Shown: positions 58,377-64,000 of the stretch, piece after piece
How the letters are laid out: each line of letters starts with the position of its first letter
Numbering within the stretch: position 1 is the stretch's first letter
IMG/VR virus record: IMGVR_UViG_3300005711_000021
Location: 53,990-117,989 of that record
DNA length: 64,000 nt
Reading direction: 5' to 3' (one strand)
From: a virus
Taxonomy: Duplodnaviria > Caudoviricetes
Position numbers and translations under genes: made by a program
The notes under the pieces: generated by a model
The model's database searches: none
Seen by the model: the letters and a program-made list of their open reading frames with translations, nothing else
What the model was told of the DNA's origin: nothing

Positions 58377-60560
58377 ATGTTTATTGACAAAAAAAGAGAA
58401 GATTTTATCTATAAGGACTTGATGACTTCCATCCAAGAAGAGTTTGATCATTTAAATGATAAAATTAATAATATCGAAGGAAGTGAATGTGAAGACATTA
58501 AAGAACAAGTAAACACTAATGCAGAAGAGATTACTACATTAAAAGATAGCATGACCACATTAGAAAACAAAGTAGATGTTGATAGTGTATCAAAAGCTAT
58601 CTCAGATGCAATAAGTGGTGCAGATGGAAAAATAGGTTTGCCAATAACCACAAATGATGTGGTTAATAGCTTTAATAAAACTCAAGATGAAATTAATAAA
58701 TCATTTTATAAAGGTTTTAGTGCAGAATTTGTAAGTAATGGCGAAGACATTGTTATAAATGATGTAATTGGTGACGAAGTGTTCGGTGCTAGATTAGAGG
58801 GGCAAACTGTAAAGAATTATGCCACAGTTCATATCGATGGAAAAAACCCATCGAAATATACACCTTTATCATTTGATATAGAATTAAATAAAACATACAC
58901 CATTGTATTTGAACAACTAAGTGGAGCATCTGATTATGGTTTTATTTGTTTAACAAAAGGATTCACGCGATTAACTACACCTTACAATGCCAAAATTCAA
59001 ATATCTAATAAACAGCCAAACGGTGTTAGGTTTGGTGTTGTGCAAACAAATTATGCATCAGAAATTCCTACAAATGGTGAATTTGGAATAGAAATAAGTG
59101 GGATACCAGCTTTAGGTACAATATCAGATAAAATTATAATACTCGAAGGTGACTGTACAAATAAAATTGATTACTACACATTTGATTCTGTTGGCTTATC
59201 TTCAACTAAAGCAACTATAACAAACAACGGAGAAAAATATTCTTTCTACAATCCTATCATAGAGGGGAAAACAGTTGTTATGAGAACACCTAAAGGTACT
59301 AATAATTGGGTAGAGATTAGTGAGTTTGAAGAAAGAGATGTTGAACTCTATGATTATAAACTAAGCAGTCCTATTAATGGCTTAAACGGTACTTCTAGAT
59401 TATGTGATTATATAGATAGATCTAGAAAGATAAAAGTTATTAATACGAAAGAAATTGTATTAGATGGTAGTCAGCCTATAAGTAATGCTGGTGTTATGTC
59501 AAATGTTTCTATTTTTAAAGTAACCGTTCCAGATATGCTAAACGAAAGAGGGGTTGGTATAATTGCGGCTACGATTAAATCAAGAGAAATACATAATAAT
59601 CTAGAGGGTATTTATACTCAGTCAGGTTATATATATATTGGATTAAAACAAGATAAAGTAAAACCTAATATCAATTCATATTTACAAACCAATCCAATTA
59701 CAGTACGTTATCAACTAGCAACACCAATCGAAGTACCACTCACAGATGAAGAATTTGAAGAGTATGAAAATCACAAAAAGGTAATTGAACTTGATGGAAT
59801 AAAACAAACAGATTCAATATCTAAATCAAACAGCCTTAGCATTTTAGAAGATGGTAGTTGTGCTTATACGGAAAATATAATCACACTAAACGCTGAAAAA
59901 TTAAAAGCTTATTTAGGAAGATATTATTTCAATAAGTTCATTAATGAAGATAAAATACAGTATAGATGTTTTATTGACGACTATCCTAGAGCCGTAAAAG
60001 AAACTGTATTTCAAGGTATTAGTACAAAAACTAATTTAGGGTTTGTAGACACAATCCAAGATAAGATGCACGGGTATGACTCCATTGGTAATAGATGTTC
60101 TGTAGTAAGAACCGCACCATCTATTATAATCATATTAACAGAGGAAAGTCTTCAACCAAAAGATAGATTAAATCCAACAAGAGAAGATTTTATAAATTAT
60201 TTCAATAGAAATAGTGATTTAGAAATAAAAGTTATTGTTGAGCCAAAAACTACGATTATAGACAAATCTATTACGCCACCAGTTATACCAACTCAACAAA
60301 ACAATGTTTTCTCATTCGGTGAAGAAGTTAAATCATCAAAAGCTATGGTAAAGGTTGCTACTGCAAAAACAAGTGATTTAAGTAAATTCAATGAGATCGA
60401 GTTACAAGTAAAAACAAATACTGCATCTATAAATTCACTTAGATCAACTGTTACAAATTATGGCACAAGACTTACAGCCTTAGAAACTAAACTAAATAAC
60501 CTAAATAACTTAGTTGTTAGTTTGCAATTACAATTAGATGCCCATGAAGGTCAATTATAG
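58377..60560 (+). CDS. Tail fibre / receptor-binding protein B (EGQTVKN module with nested insert)
   Basis: Coiled coil, LEGQTVKN...GLSSTKATITNNG...VRYQLATP; ends LQLQLDAHEGQL; start moved to ATG 58377 behind AAAGGA. Confidence 0.75.
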   Translation: MFIDKKREDFIYKDLMTSIQEEFDHLNDKINNIEGSECEDIKEQVNTNAEEITTLKDSMTTLENKVDVDSVSKAISDAISGADGKIGLPITTNDVVNSFNKTQDEINKSFYKGFSAEFVSNGEDIVINDVIGDEVFGARLEGQTVKNYATVHIDGKNPSKYTPLSFDIELNKTYTIVFEQLSGASDYGFICLTKGFTRLTTPYNAKIQISNKQPNGVRFGVVQTNYASEIPTNGEFGIEISGIPALGTISDKIIILEGDCTNKIDYYTFDSVGLSSTKATITNNGEKYSFYNPIIEGKTVVMRTPKGTNNWVEISEFEERDVELYDYKLSSPINGLNGTSRLCDYIDRSRKIKVINTKEIVLDGSQPISNAGVMSNVSIFKVTVPDMLNERGVGIIAATIKSREIHNNLEGIYTQSGYIYIGLKQDKVKPNINSYLQTNPITVRYQLATPIEVPLTDEEFEEYENHKKVIELDGIKQTDSISKSNSLSILEDGSCAYTENIITLNAEKLKAYLGRYYFNKFINEDKIQYRCFIDDYPRAVKETVFQGISTKTNLGFVDTIQDKMHGYDSIGNRCSVVRTAPSIIIILTEESLQPKDRLNPTREDFINYFNRNSDLEIKVIVEPKTTIIDKSITPPVIPTQQNNVFSFGEEVKSSKAMVKVATAKTSDLSKFNEIELQVKTNTASINSLRSTVTNYGTRLTALETKLNNLNNLVVSLQLQLDAHEGQL

Positions 60561-60576
60561 AAAGGTGAGATTAAAT

Positions 60577-61044
60577 ATGAAAGAATTCTATTTAGCTATT
60601 AAAACAAAAGTTGAAACAGGAAACTATGTTTTAGACGATATGCACGAAGAGCTACAATTAGCTTATGAAAAAGGTAGAATTACTTTGGTTCAATATGAAG
60701 AATTAATAGAATTAGCTAATGATTCAATTAACTATGATTATGTAAAAGATAAATATCCTAGCCGATATGATTTGGACCAAGATAATAATTTAACCGAGCA
60801 TGATGAAAGTATTACTGAATTATTTGAGATGATACTAAAATTTACAGCTAATACAATAGAGATTGAAAATGAAGAAACTAAATTAAATAGTTCTATTGTT
60901 AATAGCTATGCTAGATTAATAATTAAAGGTATAAAAGATTTATCAAGCGTACCAAATGTTATTGTAAAAGAAGTTGCTAATAAACTGATTGAACAAGATA
61001 AAACTGATTTGGTTGAAGAAAAAGACGACGATTTAGAACATTAA
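60577..61044 (+). CDS. XkdX-like / CD1375-like tail fibre chaperone
   Basis: YEKGRITLVQYEELI and SYARLIIKGIKDLSSVP..IVKEV motifs. Confidence 0.65.
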   Translation: MKEFYLAIKTKVETGNYVLDDMHEELQLAYEKGRITLVQYEELIELANDSINYDYVKDKYPSRYDLDQDNNLTEHDESITELFEMILKFTANTIEIENEETKLNSSIVNSYARLIIKGIKDLSSVPNVIVKEVANKLIEQDKTDLVEEKDDDLEH

Positions 61045-61112
61045 TATTATAGTAAAACACATGTACTTAATAATTGAACATATATTTTTAGAAAAAGGAA
61101 GGAGCTAAAAAA

Positions 61113-64000
61113 ATGTCATTAAATAATGTGCATTTAACAAAACAAGAAAAAACAGAGTTACTGAACAAAGTAAAGTTAAATGGTGCAGTAACAAATGTTA
61201 ACTTTATAAGTAAAAACAATGCAGTGAAAACAATAGAAGCTACGGATAATGAAGGGCGTAAAACAAGTTTTTCATTATCTACAGACATGGACACAGACCA
61301 CATTACAACTCGTACTGGTCATACAGAAGAAGAAAGATATACAGCATTATTAAGCCAGTTTGGTAAAAAGTATATAAGTAATGGCAGTGATATTACTGTA
61401 GAAAATGCAATTGAAAATCAAAGGGTGTTAGGTGCTAAGATTGAGGGGCAGACGGTTAAAAATGAGATATTAGGATACGGTAGAACAGACGATTTATATT
61501 GGTCTAATGCCACAGCAGGAAAAATATCATATTCTAACACATATTATTCTCTTGTTAATTCAAAATATCTTGTTTTGCGTGGTGCTAATTCTGGAGTAGT
61601 ATCATCAAGTATTGATTTATCTAAAGATTATACTTTTATATTAGAAATTAAAGAAAATCCTTTAGAGAACTTTATGTTAACCACTCATTCTGGAGAAAAT
61701 GTAATGATTGAAAAAGGGTTTACAGGTGTAAAGAAATTTACTGGAAAAATAAAAAGTGCTTCTCAGACTTTGATGAATGCTAGTAACACAATAACAGCTA
61801 GTGAAAAACCTTTTGTGTTTAGATTTATGCTTATAGAAACAAAAGATGTGGCAAATGTAAATTCATTTTTTACAGATAATATTAAATCAACCCAAGCTAT
61901 CATTACAAACAACGGTGTAAAACATTCAATTTATGCAAATGCTGAAGATAAAGCTAATGGAAAAGTGATTGAATTGAGCGGAATTGGCGATGTTAGAAAC
62001 ACTTTTGAGATTAAAGAAGACGGTAGTGCTGTTTATACTAAAAGACTAGTAGAAAGGGTATTATCGGAAACCGATGTATGGTTGAAAGAAAGAACCGAAA
62101 ATGATGTTTCTATGTGTTTTTGTCACCCAAAATTGGCAGGAGTAAAACCTTCAACAAAGAATATTCTATCCACACATTTTGTAACTAAGGCTGTTTACGG
62201 GCAAGGTGTTTTAACAGAAGGAATTGGTATGAGTGGTGATTATTTTTATGTAAGAATATTTAAAAATAAGTTAAAGACCTTAGATGTAGATAGTTTTAAG
62301 GAGTGGTTATCTTCAAACAAACTATGTATTGTTTATGAATTGGATAAACCAGTAGTAACACATATTCCAAAAGAATTAGTGCCAGCGATTCTAACAAAAA
62401 CTACAAATGAATTTAGCTTTAGTGATGCAGTAAAAGCTACATCAGCAGAAATTACAGTGCCAGTAGATAATAAAGTAAAACTAGATGGTCAAGCAACAAG
62501 TGTTAATTTTATTAGCACAGACGGTGCAATAAAAACTATCGAAACTGTAGATAACGAAGGGCATAAAATAAGTTCTTCATTCGCTACTGATACAAACCAC
62601 ATTACAGACCGAGTAGGAAGAACACAAGATGTTATAAACCATGCGTTCTATAAGCACGCTTGCAAGGAGTTTGCAAGTAGTGGTCAAGATATTGTAATTG
62701 ATGATGGATTAAATGGGTATATGTTAAGTGGTAAGTTAGAGGGGCAGACAGTTAAGAATGTACTACAACCAAGTGATTATAATAATACACATCTATATCC
62801 ACAAGAAAAATTTGCAGATGACTACTATATTGTTGCAAATACAATGTTCCAAAATTTCAAAATACTTGATATAAAATTTGAAATCGGCAAAGAATATACA
62901 CTTTCTATGGAGATAGTAGAAAATACCCTCAAGAAAGACGCATGGGGTGGGCATATGGCAACCCTTTTTAATTTTAATATTAAAGCTGGTCAAGTTGGAG
63001 TATTTCATGTAAAAAAAACAATTAAGACGCTAGATGATATTACAAGGATATTCTACTTTACTATGGCGGAAGGCTATGACAATAAAGTAGAAAAACTAAA
63101 ATACAGATTTTGGGTAACAGAAAACGGTCATTCAGATACATTCTTCACAGGTCTATCTTCAACCCAAGCAGTCATCACAAATAATGGTGAAAAATATTCT
63201 TTCTATGCGAGTGAAGAAGATAAGGCACAAGGGAAAGTTATCGAGTTAAATGGAATAGATGCTAATGGATGGAATGATTCTGCAACACCACATGATAGAT
63301 TAGAGATAAATGAAGATGGTAGTGGTATTTATACGCAAAATATTTTTAGGCTTAATGTTAAAGGTACAGAAACGTATCTAAGTCCTCTCAAAAGCAAGAG
63401 TGGAACTCATGTGATATACAGATTAAATATTACGCATCTTGTTAAGAATGTAAATACAGCTGCCATTGTTGATAAATATCCGTTCAAGCCTTGGATTAAT
63501 GGATATGCAGGAAAGATAGATGAGACTTATGTGGGGTATGCAGATGCTAAAGTAATATGTATTTCACTACCAGTAGAAATTGCACCTACCGTAGATGCTT
63601 TAAAGGCATATCTTCAAGAAACAGGCGGTTTTGAAATGGTAGGTCAATTGAAAGAACCTATTACAACTCATATACCAAAGGAAGTGATGCTACAAATCAT
63701 ACCAACCTATGAAAAAAATACTTTCACATTCGGAGAAGGTGTGAAGCCTAGTAAGGCAACTGTTGCTTTACCTACATCAGACAATGTGAAAAAAGAGTAT
63801 GACGTAACTTTGTTAAATAATTATACTCAAAATTCAATCAGATTTGCTCCTTCTGTAAGTTTAATGAAAGATGACAAAACGGTTAAAATTAGAATGGATT
63901 TGATTGCACCAAACACAGGAGTGAGTATAAACGTGTTTGCACTTCCTACAGAATTAAGACCTAAGACAAATACTAGGATTCCAGTATTTGTGAATCGTGT
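61113..64000 (+). CDS. Tail fibre / receptor-binding protein C with two tandem EGQTVKN modules (3'-truncated, absent from ORF track)
   Basis: AAGGAG RBS; MSLNNVHLTKQEK...IEGQTVKNEI...LEGQTVKNV...NVFALPTELRP; appears open to the window end. Confidence 0.8.
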   Translation, partial: MSLNNVHLTKQEKTELLNKVKLNGAVTNVNFISKNNAVKTIEATDNEGRKTSFSLSTDMDTDHITTRTGHTEEERYTALLSQFGKKYISNGSDITVENAIENQRVLGAKIEGQTVKNEILGYGRTDDLYWSNATAGKISYSNTYYSLVNSKYLVLRGANSGVVSSSIDLSKDYTFILEIKENPLENFMLTTHSGENVMIEKGFTGVKKFTGKIKSASQTLMNASNTITASEKPFVFRFMLIETKDVANVNSFFTDNIKSTQAIITNNGVKHSIYANAEDKANGKVIELSGIGDVRNTFEIKEDGSAVYTKRLVERVLSETDVWLKERTENDVSMCFCHPKLAGVKPSTKNILSTHFVTKAVYGQGVLTEGIGMSGDYFYVRIFKNKLKTLDVDSFKEWLSSNKLCIVYELDKPVVTHIPKELVPAILTKTTNEFSFSDAVKATSAEITVPVDNKVKLDGQATSVNFISTDGAIKTIETVDNEGHKISSSFATDTNHITDRVGRTQDVINHAFYKHACKEFASSGQDIVIDDGLNGYMLSGKLEGQTVKNVLQPSDYNNTHLYPQEKFADDYYIVANTMFQNFKILDIKFEIGKEYTLSMEIVENTLKKDAWGGHMATLFNFNIKAGQVGVFHVKKTIKTLDDITRIFYFTMAEGYDNKVEKLKYRFWVTENGHSDTFFTGLSSTQAVITNNGEKYSFYASEEDKAQGKVIELNGIDANGWNDSATPHDRLEINEDGSGIYTQNIFRLNVKGTETYLSPLKSKSGTHVIYRLNITHLVKNVNTAAIVDKYPFKPWINGYAGKIDETYVGYADAKVICISLPVEIAPTVDALKAYLQETGGFEMVGQLKEPITTHIPKEVMLQIIPTYEKNTFTFGEGVKPSKATVALPTSDNVKKEYDVTLLNNYTQNSIRFAPSVSLMKDDKTVKIRMDLIAPNTGVSINVFALPTELRPKTNTRIPVFVNR
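61419..61471 (+). repeat. 53-bp perfect inverted repeat, right arm
   Basis: CAAAGGGTGTTAGGTGCTAAGATTGAGGGGCAGACGGTTAAAAATGAGATATT. Confidence 0.95.

Noticed and set aside
58212-58451. 79-aa minus-strand ORF in the divergent gap
   Set aside because: Phe-rich product of A-tracts overlapping the regulatory region and the start of fibre B.
47189-64000. Diversity-generating retroelement acting on fibre genes
   Set aside because: No reverse transcriptase in the window, and repeat mismatches are mostly synonymous rather than adenine-specific.
1-64000. Stop-codon reassignment
   Set aside because: Genes are long and tightly packed in the standard code, and TAA, TAG and TGA all end genes at sensible positions.

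Overview
Strongly AT-rich, gene-dense segment of a large contractile-tailed (myovirus-like) phage, probably infecting Clostridia or other Firmicutes (strong AGGAG/GGGG Shine-Dalgarno sites, CD1375/XkdX-like chaperones). There are three blocks. (1) 1-33.6 kb, + strand: baseplate and tail genes (hub, spike with M23 peptidase, gp25-like, baseplate J, large wedge proteins, repeat-rich fibres, a paralogous structural family). (2) 33.7-47.1 kb, + strand: replication and regulation (AEP primase, DnaB-like helicase, degenerate PD-(D/E)XK protein, DUF1064, sigma factor, DUF5662, RHH regulator, RecJ, and a DnaE interrupted at its catalytic motif by a 387-nt group I intron). (3) 47.2-64 kb: a divergently transcribed tail-fibre/receptor-binding locus of mosaic modules. 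The best candidate for an undescribed system is block 3: inverted in-frame identity blocks (including a perfect 53-bp inverted repeat 13 kb apart) and a conserved GAGGGG junction in front of each variable domain give shufflon-like geometry, and the fibres share short N-terminal and C-terminal tags suggesting plug-in assembly. No recombinase lies in the window. Other notable signals: an ACGTAC-N3-ACGTAC operator shared by two sigma70-type promoters, and four small accessory genes sharing an MNL(V/I) N-terminus. All family assignments come from motif recognition by eye, not database searches.
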